Shown here one piece after another: positions 53,846-63,754 of a stretch of DNA of 64,000 nucleotides. Position 1 is the first letter of the stretch, and every line of letters begins with the position of its first letter. Position numbers and translations under genes: made by a program. Under the pieces are notes generated by a model, which ran no database searches, had not been told where the DNA came from, and saw only the letters and a list, made by a program, of their open reading frames with translations. The stretch is from a bacterium (GTDB taxonomy: Bacteria > UBA8248): the NCBI GenBank assembly GCA_965213685.1, contig CBDBZY010000036.1, forward strand, positions 64,001 to 128,000, given 5' to 3'.

Positions 53846-54715
53846 TCAGGGCGCGCCCGAGAGCGCCTTCTGAATGGTTCGGCGGATGAAAACGGGCGTC
53901 ACCTGCCTTCTGTAGTCATCGCTCGCGCGAATGTCGGTCAACGGCTCCAGGTCATCCAGCGCACCGGTGAGCACGGCGTCGATGTTCTCGCCGGTGAGCT
54001 CCTTCCCCCGAAGCCCCTCCTCCACCGCCGTGAGGCGCCTGAATACAGCCTCCACCCCGCCGAGGCCGATTCTCACTTCCCTGGCCGTCTTGCCGTCCTC
54101 CTCCGTGGACACCGCGGCGGAGATGGATATGCAGGGCTTGTCTTCCTTCGAGCGCGTGGTGAAGCGCGTGTAGGCCGTGCGGAAGCCGTCGGGCAGCGGA
54201 TCGACCTCGATCGCGCACAGCAGCTCGTCCTCCTCGAGTGCGCATTCGTAATATCCCGTCCAGAATTCCGTCGCCGGAATCACCCGCTCCGCCCCGTCCG
54301 CCTTCCTGGTCTTCATGCGCGCCTCATATACCAGAAACGCGGCGGGAGGGTCGGACGCCGGCTCCGCGAAACAGAGGTTGCCGCCCACCGTCCCCTGGTT
54401 GCGGATGCGAATCGTCGCCACGTTGTGGAATATCTCCGCGAGCAGCGGGAAGCGCTCCTGCACGAGGGGGGAGGTCTCTATCTTGCGATGCACCGTCTTC
54501 GCCCCGATGCGGATCCCGCCGCTTTCGGTCTCCTCGATGAAGTCCAGATCGTCCGCCCCCGCGATGTCTATCAGCACCTCGGGCGCATACACGCGGGATT
54601 TCATGAGAATCGAGAGGGCGACGCCGCCAGCATACACTTTCCCCTCATCGCCGTGCTCTCGCATGGCGGCAAGCGCCTCGTCCACACTGTTCGCGGGCAG
54701 ATGCTGAAAAGCCAT
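53846..54715 (-). CDS. molybdo-hydroxylase FAD subunit (second CoxM-like)
   Basis: AGGV, IRNQGTVGGN, DIRASDDYR. Confidence 0.92.
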   Translation of the reverse strand: MAFQHLPANSVDEALAAMREHGDEGKVYAGGVALSILMKSRVYAPEVLIDIAGADDLDFIEETESGGIRIGAKTVHRKIETSPLVQERFPLLAEIFHNVATIRIRNQGTVGGNLCFAEPASDPPAAFLVYEARMKTRKADGAERVIPATEFWTGYYECALEEDELLCAIEVDPLPDGFRTAYTRFTTRSKEDKPCISISAAVSTEEDGKTAREVRIGLGGVEAVFRRLTAVEEGLRGKELTGENIDAVLTGALDDLEPLTDIRASDDYRRQVTPVFIRRTIQKALSGAP

Positions 54716-54734
54716 TTTTTATCCTCTCTGTTCG

Positions 54735-57029
54735 CTACGCGCCATTTTTCTCCCGTCGTTCATTCATGGCGGCCAGTATCTTCTCCGGCGTTATCGGCAA
54801 CGTCGTGATCCGCACGCCGACGGCGTCATACACCGCGTTCGCGATCGCGGCCGAGGTGCCCAGCTGCGCCATCTCTCCCAGCCCTTTGGCGCCATACGGC
54901 CCGGTGGGGTTTTCCGTCTCGATGAGCACGACCTCGAGTTCCGGCAAATCCTGGGTCGTGGGCAGCTTGTAATCGAGCCAGTTCGCGTTCACCGGCTGGC
55001 CGTCCTCGACCTGAAAATCCTCCGTCATGGCGTAGCCCACGCCCATCAGCGCGCCGCCGTCCAGCTGGCCCAGCGCACCCGCGGGGTTCACGATGGTTCC
55101 CACGTCGTTCGTGCTGACGATGCGCAGCACCTCGAGCGCGCCGGTTTCGACGTCCACCTCCACCTCGGCCACCTTGGCGCCGTAGGCGTAGGCGGCGGAC
55201 CAGTTGCCATACCCCGTCACGGGGTCGGGCGTCTCGCTCGGGGAATCATAGGAGGACGCCGTATAGACGGCCTCGCTGCCCTCCTTGTCATATATCTTCA
55301 TGTAGGCTTCGGCGTGCGTCACCTGCTTCTCGGGAGAGCTGGTGACGAAAATCCGGCCCTCGCGCGCGTCCAGATCGTTCGGGTCGCATTCGAGCAACTC
55401 CGCAGCGCCCTGGAAGAGCATGTTTCTCGCCTCCAGCGACGCCAGGCGCGTGGCCTGGCCGTCGATGGTCGTCGTTCGGCTGCCCCGCACCCCCCATCCG
55501 TAGGGATTCACCGAGGTGTCGCCGTTGATGATCCGCACGTCCTCCACGCGCACGCCCAGCGTCTCCGCGCAAATCTGCGCCAGCGTGGTGTCCGAGCCGT
55601 TGCCCATCTCGATGGTGCCCGAGAGCAGCTGCACGGTGCCGTCCTTGTTCATCTTGATGAACGCGCCGGCGGTCTCCGGACCCATCGCGCGCGCCCCTGT
55701 GAAATGCACCGCCGCACTCAGCCCGTAGCCGCGCCTCTTGCCGTTGCGGCCCTCCTGCCTCTCGCGCCACGGCACGCGCTTGACCGCTTCCTGCACGCAT
55801 TCCGAAACGCCGCAACTCGTGATCTTGGCGCCGATGATGGTAGTGTCGCCCCTGCGCACGAAGTTCTTCACCCGAAACTCCGCCGGGTCCATGCCGATCT
55901 CCTCGGCGTGTTTCTCCATGGCGACCTCCGAGCCGAACGAATAGCCGCCATTGCCCACGCCGCGCATCGCACCGCCAGGCGGCACGTTGGTGTAGACGAC
56001 GTCGGCGTGATGGCGATAGGCCTTGTAGTGGTAGAGGCTCCCCCCCATGTGCGCCGTGATGCCGCCGACCACCGGTCCGTAATCGGAGTACCCGCCGTTT
56101 TCCACCACCATTTTGACGTCGCGCGCCAGGAGCATCCCCTCCTTGTCGGTGGCGATGCGGAAGGTGTGGAACTGCTTCGTCCGATGGGTGCCGAGGAGAA
56201 ACTCCTCCTCGCGCGTGTAGTAGAACTTCACGGGGAGGCCCAGCCTCTTCGCCGCGATGATGGAGAGGAAATCGATGTTGAACTTGCTCGTCGCCTTGCC
56301 GCCGAAGCCCCCGCCCACGTAGTTCGTTACCACGCGAATGTTGGCCTCGGGAATCTTGAGGAGCTTGGAGAAATACTGGCTCGAAAGGCTCGGGCACTGC
56401 GAGGAGTTGTAGACCGTCACGTCGCCTCGCGGAGACCACTCGGCGATGGACACGTGCGCCTCGAAGGAGGCGTGCATCTGGCGCGAGGAGGCGGAGGTGA
56501 GCTCGCTCACGTGGTGGGCCTCCTCGAACATCCTGTCCACCTCGCCGAACTCCATGTGCTTGGTGAACGCGACGTTGTTCGGCTTCGCCTCGTGGAGGAC
56601 GGGGGCGCCCTCCCGCATCGCCTCGAAGGGGTCGAAGACAGCGGGGAGCTCCTCGTAGTCAACCTCGATGAGGTCGAGCGCCTCCTGCGCGACGTCCTCG
56701 GAGGTCGCCACGACGGCCGCCACCGAGTCGCCCACGTAGCGCACCTTGTCCGTGGCGAGGGGGCGCTGATCGTAGCAGACCGGCACGACGCCCCAGACCA
56801 CCTCGTCCGGCACGTCTCTGGACGTCATCACGAGCTTGACGCCGGGGAGCCTCTCCGCGCGGCTGGCGTCGATGTTCCGGATGCGGGCGTGGGGGAGCGG
56901 ACTCCCCAGCAGCTTGCCGTGGAGCATCTTGGGCAGGAGGAGGTCCAGGGTGTACATGGCCTGGCCCGTCACCTTCTCCGGCGCATCGACGCGCGGCACG
57001 CTCTTTCCGACGTATGCGAGATCAGTCAT
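54735..57029 (-). CDS. xanthine dehydrogenase-family molybdopterin-binding subunit
   Basis: KVTGQAMY, GGGFGGK, AMRGVG, EMGNG, GAKGLGE. Confidence 0.94.
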   Translation of the reverse strand: MTDLAYVGKSVPRVDAPEKVTGQAMYTLDLLLPKMLHGKLLGSPLPHARIRNIDASRAERLPGVKLVMTSRDVPDEVVWGVVPVCYDQRPLATDKVRYVGDSVAAVVATSEDVAQEALDLIEVDYEELPAVFDPFEAMREGAPVLHEAKPNNVAFTKHMEFGEVDRMFEEAHHVSELTSASSRQMHASFEAHVSIAEWSPRGDVTVYNSSQCPSLSSQYFSKLLKIPEANIRVVTNYVGGGFGGKATSKFNIDFLSIIAAKRLGLPVKFYYTREEEFLLGTHRTKQFHTFRIATDKEGMLLARDVKMVVENGGYSDYGPVVGGITAHMGGSLYHYKAYRHHADVVYTNVPPGGAMRGVGNGGYSFGSEVAMEKHAEEIGMDPAEFRVKNFVRRGDTTIIGAKITSCGVSECVQEAVKRVPWRERQEGRNGKRRGYGLSAAVHFTGARAMGPETAGAFIKMNKDGTVQLLSGTIEMGNGSDTTLAQICAETLGVRVEDVRIINGDTSVNPYGWGVRGSRTTTIDGQATRLASLEARNMLFQGAAELLECDPNDLDAREGRIFVTSSPEKQVTHAEAYMKIYDKEGSEAVYTASSYDSPSETPDPVTGYGNWSAAYAYGAKVAEVEVDVETGALEVLRIVSTNDVGTIVNPAGALGQLDGGALMGVGYAMTEDFQVEDGQPVNANWLDYKLPTTQDLPELEVVLIETENPTGPYGAKGLGEMAQLGTSAAIANAVYDAVGVRITTLPITPEKILAAMNERREKNGA

Positions 57030-57308
57030 GGAACCCTCCACTCGTGTGCGGCGTCGAAGCGGGCGCGCCGCAGGGTGCAATCCGCCGCGATTCGTTTATT
57101 TCTCCATATCGTACGGTTCCATTATTATAGCCATCCGAGAGAGGAGATGGCAACTTGAAAAATGAAAAAACGCCGAGCCAACCACGAGCGCGCGCGCCCC
57201 GCTCCGCCTCCGCCCCGGTTTGTGATTCGCCGCCCGCCATGCTAGAAGGAGGAGGATCATACACATTCTCCCACCATTCCCGAAACGACTGAACGGGAGG
57301 GACGCGCG

Positions 57309-58056
57309 ATGCCCATTCGTTTTGATTTCCAGGGCCGGAAGGTCATCCTCACGGGTGCGGCCGGTGCCATGGGAAGCCGCATCCTCCAGGGATACCTCGA
57401 GGCCGGCGCCCGGGTGTTCGCCACCGACAGGGCGGGCGCCGCCTTTGACGCGATGGCCGGCCCATCCGACCAGCTCTTCAAGCGCCCCTGCGACCTGGGC
57501 CGACGTAGCCGCCATTCGCGCGACCATGCGCGAGGCGCTCCGGTGGCTCGGCGGCTGCGACGTACTCGCCAACGTGGCGGGCTACATGCCGATTCGACCG
57601 CCCCTCGAACTCCGGGAGGAGGACTGGGAACCGGTGCTGGGCGTGAACCTGCTGGCGCCGTATTTCTGCATACAGGAAACCATCGAGGCGCTGAAGGCCT
57701 CCGGGACGGGGCGAATCATCAGCTTCGCGTCCATCGCGGGCAAAATGGGGGGCATCGGCCCGAACCTCACCTACGCCGCCGCCAAGGCGGGCCTGCTCGC
57801 CATGACGTTCAACCTCGCGCGCGAGCTCGCGAAGACGGGGGTGACGATCAACACGGTGCAGCCCGGCCCGGCCGACACGGGCCTCCACTTTGAATCCCCG
57901 CCCGAGATGCTGGCGAACGCAGCGAACGCCCACCCGATGGGCAGGCTCACGACGCCCGACGACGTATGGCAGACCGTCCTGTTTCTGTCGAGCGAGGAGG
58001 CCGCGCACATCAACGGAGAGGCGGTGGATGTGAACGGCGGCTTCTGGACGGACTAG
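57309..58056 (+). pseudogene. SDR oxidoreductase, frameshifted at 57497-57499 (possibly assembly error)
   Basis: TGAAGAMG in one frame, NVAG/YAAAK/PG in another; removing one G gives ...PCDLADVAAI... Confidence 0.82.
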
Positions 58057-58073
58057 CCGCGGAGGAGAACGCC

Positions 58074-58919
58074 ATGTCGACCGGAAACCGGAAAGGATAC
58101 GCGAACCCCGACCTGCTCTGGTCGCCCGCGCAGCTCAACGAGCGCATGGACGACCCGAACCTGCGAATCATCGACGCGCGCACGGGCGAGCGCTACGCGA
58201 TGGGGCATATCCCCGGCGCCCGGCACTTCGATCTGTATGGCGTGAACAGCGATGACTCCAGCGAGGCGTCGCTGCGGAACTTCTTCGCCATGTGGGCGTT
58301 CCTGCTGGGAAACCGGGGGGTGTCGTTCGAGAACGCCATCGTTTTCTATGACGACATCGTCGGCAACACGAGCGTGCGCGGGTTCTGGATGCTCGAGCTT
58401 TTCGGCCACAAGGACGTCCACGTGCTCGACGGCGGCTACAGCGCCTGGGAGCGGGCGGGATTCGAGACCACGCGGGACGCCGAGCCGCCCCGGCCCGCCG
58501 CTTTCGAGATGGCGTTCGAGCCGCATCGCCTCGCCACGCGGGAGGACGTGATGCGCGCCATCGGCGAGGAGGGCCACGTGCTGCTCGACACCCGCTCGAT
58601 AGAGGAATGGGAAGCGCGGCAGGTGCGGGCGCGGAGGGGCGGCATCATCCCGGGCGCCGTCTGGCAGGAGTGGCTCCAGCACCTGACGCCCGAGGGGGAG
58701 ATGAAGCCCGCCGCCGCGCTGCGGGCGCAGTTCGAGGCGCTGGGGATCACGCCCGAAAAAGAGGTGACCGCCTACTGACAGACGGGCTACCGTGCGGCGC
58801 ACGGCTATTTCGCCCTGAGGCTGCTGGGCTACCCGAACGTGAGAAACTACATGAGCTCCTGGAAGGAGTGGGGCAATCGCGAGGATACGCCCATCGCGCA
58901 GGCGCAGGGCGCCGACTGA
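58074..58919 (+). CDS. two-domain sulfurtransferase (rhodanese/SseA-like), predicted selenoprotein
   Basis: GHIPGA, LDGG, GIIPGA, then TAY-TGA(58776-58778)[31 protein letters not shown] in frame; TGA occupies the catalytic Cys site. Confidence 0.92.
58779..58817 (+). promoter_or_regulatory. putative bacterial SECIS element
   Basis: CCGUGC-GGC-GCACGG hairpin within an outer GGGC/GCCC stem; loop G 18 nt after UGA. Confidence 0.65.
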
Positions 58920-58981
58920 GGCGAGGGGCGGCGGGGGCCGAACCGGTCAAAGGACCTGCGCCATCATGAGGGGGGCGGGGT

Positions 58982-59010
58982 TTGTATCCCGGAAAATCTT
59001 CCCCTACAAT
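58982..59010 (+). promoter_or_regulatory. putative sigma70 promoter of the second ABC operon
   Basis: TTGTAT, 17-nt spacer, TACAAT. Confidence 0.55.
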
Positions 59011-59123
59011 AAGAAGATAATGATGCTTCTGGAGGTCAGGGCGCTTTCACGGCGGCCCGGGAACGGTTCTTCGGGTTGGGCCGTTTCATTTTCATTCATC
59101 TATGGATTTCCTGGAGGTTCGCA

Positions 59124-60140
59124 ATGAAGAGGAATTTCGCTCGAATCATCCTGGCCGCGGGGATCGCTTGCGGCCTCTCGGCGGCGGGTCTCGCTGCGGC
59201 GGCGCCCACGCTTCGTCTCGGCGCGGCCAGCAACACCGGCGGCATGATAGTCTTCGTTGGAGTAGACAAGGGCTTTTTCGCCAAGAACGGACTCGACGCG
59301 AAAGTCGTCGTGCGCAACACGGGCGCCCAGCTCACCAAATCCCTCAAGGCCGGCCAGATTGACTTCGCCCCCGCCGCCTTCACCAACCTGCCTGCGGCAC
59401 TCGAGCGCGGCATCAAGGTTCGCGGCGTCGTGGGCTACGTCGGCGGCTCCTACAAGAAATCCACCACCGACGAGATGGTGGGCATCGCCGTGCGCCCCGG
59501 CGCCGGCATCCAGACCATCAAGGACCTCGAGGGCAAGAAAATCGGCTCCACCTTCGGCTCCACCGGCGACCTCTACCTCCGCACCCTGCTGGAGAAAAAC
59601 GGCATCGGCGTAGGCGGCGTCCGCCGGATCAACGTGCGTCCGCCGAGCATCGTCTCCCTGTTCGATTCCGGCGGCGTCGACGCCATGGTCGCGTGGGAGC
59701 CCTACCTCACCCGGATGACCGACAAGGTGAAGGGCGCCTCGCTCGTGTCGCGCGGCGGCGACTACGTCTGCTTCTGCGCCGGCATGCACGGCGTGCCGGA
59801 GCGCGTGTACAAAGACAAGAAAGCAACCCAGGCGTTCGTCAACGGCATGTCCGAGGCGGCCGCCTACGTGCGGGACGCCAAAAACAGCGACGAGATCGCC
59901 AAAATCGGGGCCCGCTACGTTCGCGGCATGGACGCCGCCCTCATCAAGCGCACCATCAAATGGTGGACCTACGACCCGCGCCTGGGCGAGAACACGCTCA
60001 AGGCCTTCAACTTCTCGGTCAAGCAGCTCATCGCCCAGAAGAAGATGAAGCGGCCCTACGACCCCAGAAAATACTTCGATTTCCAGTTCATCAACCGGAC
60101 GATGAAAGAACATCCGGAGTGGTTCCAGGATCTGAAATAA
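59124..60140 (+). CDS. ABC transporter substrate-binding protein (NitT/TauT)
   Basis: Signal peptide, DLEGKKIG, GVDAMVAWEP; GGAGG RBS. Confidence 0.9.
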   Translation: MKRNFARIILAAGIACGLSAAGLAAAAPTLRLGAASNTGGMIVFVGVDKGFFAKNGLDAKVVVRNTGAQLTKSLKAGQIDFAPAAFTNLPAALERGIKVRGVVGYVGGSYKKSTTDEMVGIAVRPGAGIQTIKDLEGKKIGSTFGSTGDLYLRTLLEKNGIGVGGVRRINVRPPSIVSLFDSGGVDAMVAWEPYLTRMTDKVKGASLVSRGGDYVCFCAGMHGVPERVYKDKKATQAFVNGMSEAAAYVRDAKNSDEIAKIGARYVRGMDAALIKRTIKWWTYDPRLGENTLKAFNFSVKQLIAQKKMKRPYDPRKYFDFQFINRTMKEHPEWFQDLK

Positions 60141-60161
60141 CCCGAATCCTCACGCGCCCGC

Positions 60162-60194
60162 ATCCGCGCCCCGCTCTTTTGCCGGGGCGCGGAT
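60162..60194 (+). other. intercistronic hairpin after the SBP gene
   Basis: Perfect 12-bp stem ATCCGCGCCCCG / CGGGGCGCGGAT. Confidence 0.6.
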
Positions 60195-60222
60195 TGCGCT
60201 TGAATAGGAACCGAGAAGCCAT

Positions 60223-61017
60223 ATGCCCCCCAAACTGGTTGTCAACGGGCTGTCGCACCACTACCCGGACGAATACACGGGAGAGGACGTCCACGCGCTC
60301 GACAAGGTGAGCCTCGCCGTGGAGGACGGCGAATTCTCCGCCGTCGTCGGTCCGAGCGGATGCGGGAAGACCACCCTGCTCAACATTCTCGCGGGGCTTC
60401 TCCCCCACACCGAGGGCAGCGTTCAGGTGGACGGCAAGGAGGTGCGGGGGCCGGGACCGGATCGGGGGGTGGTGTTTCAGGAACACGCGATCCTCCCCTG
60501 GCGCACCGTCGGGAGAAACATCGGCCACGGCCTTGAGATTCAGGGGCTTCCCCGGGAGGAGAGGGAGAGAAAGGTGCAGGAATTCGTCGACCTCGTCGGC
60601 TTGTCCGGCTTCGAGGATCGCTATCCGCATGAGCTTTCCGGCGGCATGAAGCAGCGCTGCGCACTCGCGCGCACGCTGTGCGCCAACCCCGTCGTGATGC
60701 TGATGGACGAGCCCTTCGCCGCCGTGGACGCGCAGACGAGAATCACCCTCCAGGAAGAGTTGAACCGCATCGCGATTGCGACGAAGAAGACGATCCTCTT
60801 CATCACGCACAATGTGGATGAGGCCGCGTTTCTCGGAGATCGCTGCTTCATCTTCTCGCGCCGACCGGGAAGGCTGAAGGCCACCGTGAAAATCGACATC
60901 CCGCGCGGGAAGCGCATATGGAAGGACGTGCTGTCGGAGCGCGCCTACAGCGAGCCGCGCGACGAAATCCTCCGCCTCGTGCGCGAGGAGGTGTTTGACG
61001 ATGACGAGGGAGAGTAG
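60223..61017 (+). CDS. ABC transporter ATP-binding protein
   Basis: GPSGCGKTT, LSGGMKQR, LMDEPF, ITHN. Confidence 0.95.
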   Translation: MPPKLVVNGLSHHYPDEYTGEDVHALDKVSLAVEDGEFSAVVGPSGCGKTTLLNILAGLLPHTEGSVQVDGKEVRGPGPDRGVVFQEHAILPWRTVGRNIGHGLEIQGLPREERERKVQEFVDLVGLSGFEDRYPHELSGGMKQRCALARTLCANPVVMLMDEPFAAVDAQTRITLQEELNRIAIATKKTILFITHNVDEAAFLGDRCFIFSRRPGRLKATVKIDIPRGKRIWKDVLSERAYSEPRDEILRLVREEVFDDDEGE

Positions 61018-61828
61018 CGGGGCGGGGGGAGTGCGAAAGCCGCACTCCAGGCGCTGGAGAACGTTCATCCGGGGAGGCGGGGTCGAGCTGCTGGCCCTCA
61101 TCGTGGGCATCCTGGCGTTATGGTCCGTCATCTCGCAGATCATCCCGAATCCGGACCGCTACCTGCCCTCGCCGCTTTCCGTCGTCGCCTCCTCCTACGA
61201 CGTCATCTGGAAGGGTCTGCTGCCCAACTACATCGGGCAAACGCTGTGGCGTCTCGTCATCGGCAGCGCCATCGGCCTGCTCCTGGGCATCCCCTTCGGC
61301 ATCGCCCTGGGACTGAACCGCACGGTCTCGGACATGTTCTACCCCATCATGAACTTTTTTCAGTCCATATCCGGCATCGCCATACTCCCCATCATCGTCG
61401 TCTGGTGGGGCAACAGCGAAAAGACCGTATTCATCGTCATCCTCTACACCTGCTTCTTCCCGATCGCCTTCAACGTCCTGACCGGCGTGCGCAGCACCCC
61501 GATGATACTGGTGAACGCCCTGCGCACCCTCGGCGCCTCGCGCCTCCGCATCGTGAAAGACGTGTTCATACCAAGCGCCATGCCCCACATCGCCACCGGA
61601 GCGAGGCTGGGCATCGGCTACGCCTGGCGCGCGGTCATCGCGGGCGAGATGCTCGCCGGCAGGCGCGGCCTGGGGTGGATGATCTTCACCTCGCAGGACG
61701 CCGACCTCACCGCCCAGGTGATACTCGGGATGGTGATGATCGGCGCCATATGGATCATGATCGATCGCTTCGCCCTGCGTCCCATCGAGGCGGACACCAT
61801 CCAGCGATGGGGGCTCGTGCAGCGATGA
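61001..61828 (+). CDS. ABC transporter permease
   Basis: ALRTLGAS, AWRAVIAGEM...GLG. Confidence 0.92.
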   Translation: MTRESSGAGGVRKPHSRRWRTFIRGGGVELLALIVGILALWSVISQIIPNPDRYLPSPLSVVASSYDVIWKGLLPNYIGQTLWRLVIGSAIGLLLGIPFGIALGLNRTVSDMFYPIMNFFQSISGIAILPIIVVWWGNSEKTVFIVILYTCFFPIAFNVLTGVRSTPMILVNALRTLGASRLRIVKDVFIPSAMPHIATGARLGIGYAWRAVIAGEMLAGRRGLGWMIFTSQDADLTAQVILGMVMIGAIWIMIDRFALRPIEADTIQRWGLVQR

Positions 61829-62685
61829 GCGCACTCCAGACGGCGGCCATTGGTCTGCAAAAGCGCTTCGGCCGCCAAAGGCTGCGGAAAGTCGCGCTGG
61901 GCGCCATCCCCTTCATCGTCCTGATCGCCCTCTGGCAGATGAACACCTCGTTCGGATGGCTTCCTCCGGTCTTCATCCCGCCCATCGCGTCCATCTGGGA
62001 GGCGATACACACCCTCTCGGATGGATGCGCGGGCGTCGGCGCGGCGCTCACCATGCAATACGAATGCATGTTCACCAACCACATCTTCTCGAGCCTGGGC
62101 CGCGTGGGACTCAGCCTCCTCATCGGCATCCCCTTCGGCATCGCCTGCGGCGTCCTGGCGGGCATGAGCCGCCGCTTCGCCCACGCCCTGGAGCCCATCG
62201 GGGTGTTCGCCAACGCCATATCGGGCATCGCCTGGGTTCCCCTGGCCATCGTCTGGTTCGGCACCGGCTGGCTGACGACGCTCTTCATCCTGCTGAACAC
62301 CGTCTTCTGGCTCGTGTTCTTCAACACCCTGCTGGGGGTTCGCGGCGTGCCGCGCGTGTACGAAAACTCCGTCCTGACGCTCGGCGGAAGGCGGCGGGAG
62401 ATCATCTCGCAGGTCTACATACCGGGCGCGCTGCCCAGCATCGTCACCGGCGTCCGCATGAGCATGGGGTTCGGGTGGCGCGCGCTCATCGCAGCGGAGA
62501 TGATAGGCGGCGACAGCGGGCTGGGCTTCATGATCTTCGTCTCGGCCGCGGAATACAAGATTGAGGAGGTGTTCCTGGGCGTTCTCGTCATCGCCATCAT
62601 GTGGATGCTCACCGACAGGTTCATGCTCATTCCCCTGGAGAGGTGGACCATCCAGAGGTGGGGCATGGTATGGAGGCCTTCCTAG
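61825..62685 (+). CDS. ABC transporter permease (second)
   Basis: GWRALIAAEM...GLG; ATGA overlap with the preceding permease. Confidence 0.92.
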   Translation: MSALQTAAIGLQKRFGRQRLRKVALGAIPFIVLIALWQMNTSFGWLPPVFIPPIASIWEAIHTLSDGCAGVGAALTMQYECMFTNHIFSSLGRVGLSLLIGIPFGIACGVLAGMSRRFAHALEPIGVFANAISGIAWVPLAIVWFGTGWLTTLFILLNTVFWLVFFNTLLGVRGVPRVYENSVLTLGGRRREIISQVYIPGALPSIVTGVRMSMGFGWRALIAAEMIGGDSGLGFMIFVSAAEYKIEEVFLGVLVIAIMWMLTDRFMLIPLERWTIQRWGMVWRPS

Positions 62686-62686
62686 C

Positions 62687-63073
62687 ATGGCCGATGATTC
62701 GGGGAGGGCGCCCAAAACCCAAAAACCTTCCGGCGAGCGGCGCTGGAGCCAGCACCCCACCGTGCGCTTCCTGGCCGCCACGGCCATCCTGTTCGGCCTG
62801 TATTACGGATACGGCTACGCGACGGGGCCCTCCCGCCTCACCCCCGCACTCCAGGCGCGCCTGGAGGGGGCGGCGGGCAAGGTCGATCTGCTGATCACCT
62901 CGAAATTCCCGCCAGAGGAATTTCATATCCGCATCTACCAGGAGCTCGGCAGCATGCGCGGCGTGAAGGACGCCACGGCGGAGCTGGTTTCCGTCGCGCC
63001 CTCCGACGTCAGGACGCTCTCCAGGTATTACTGGGTGGAGAAGATAGACCTGAAGCCGGAGAGGAAAAGATAG
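62687..63073 (+). CDS. hypothetical membrane-anchored protein
   Basis: Starts 1 nt after the permease stop with GGAGG RBS; single N-terminal TM plus a small globular domain. Confidence 0.75.
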   Translation: MADDSGRAPKTQKPSGERRWSQHPTVRFLAATAILFGLYYGYGYATGPSRLTPALQARLEGAAGKVDLLITSKFPPEEFHIRIYQELGSMRGVKDATAELVSVAPSDVRTLSRYYWVEKIDLKPERKR

Positions 63074-63194
63074 GCCGCGCGTCGGAAAGAACGCCCCGGC
63101 GCATCGCCCCGCGCGCCAAGCCGCGCCGTCATTCCGGGGGAGGATGGGACAGGCTCGCCGCCGCATGAGCGGGCGTGTCCCGGAATTCTCCGCC

Positions 63195-63209
63195 GGGGGG
63201 GGGGGGGGG
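63195..63209. repeat. G15 homopolymer
   Basis: Counted directly, 4 nt beyond the cupin stop. Confidence 0.7.
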
Positions 63210-63213
63210 CTTC

Positions 63214-63639
63214 TCATTCTCGGTGCGGGTGCAGTTTTTCAAATTCTCCGTGGTCTTTGCTCGACTCCGCCATCTTCCGGAAAACATCCTCGTATCCGGG
63301 CGGCGAAAACACCCAGAACAGCTGGAGGGGGACATCGCCCGTGTTCCGCAGCCCGTGCGGGACGCCGGCGGGCAGAAAGACGCTCATCCCCGACCGGATG
63401 GAAAACGTCTCCCCATCCACATCCATCTCCCCTTCTCCCGCATGAAAGAAAAGGATTTCCTCCTCCTTCTCATGGAGATGCTCCGGGATTCCGCCGCCGA
63501 CCGGAATATCCTGGTTCCCCATGCTGAGCCATCGGGAATCCGTGTTGGCGGGGTCCGCCAGGATTCGCCAGCCGCGCGGGAGTGCGACGTTCCGCATCTC
63601 CAGCCTCTCGCCATCATCCCACCCGAACACGTATGCCAT
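63214..63639 (-). CDS. cupin domain protein
   Basis: PEHLHEKEEE...GEGE, PAGVPHG, WVFSPPG. Confidence 0.9.
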   Translation of the reverse strand: MAYVFGWDDGERLEMRNVALPRGWRILADPANTDSRWLSMGNQDIPVGGGIPEHLHEKEEEILFFHAGEGEMDVDGETFSIRSGMSVFLPAGVPHGLRNTGDVPLQLFWVFSPPGYEDVFRKMAESSKDHGEFEKLHPHRE

Positions 63640-63754
63640 GCGACAAACACCCTCCCGGGGATTTTCGCGGGGCGCGCGCAGAGGTCCCCACGCCTCGCGC
63701 CGCCCGAGCCGAAACCTGTGCGGTGCGTCCAGGCGGGGGCCGGCCCCGGGCGCA

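Noticed and set aside
54735-57029. Aerobic CO dehydrogenase large subunit
   Set aside because: Active-site loop is AMRGVG, not AYxCSFR (form I) or AYRGAGR (form II)
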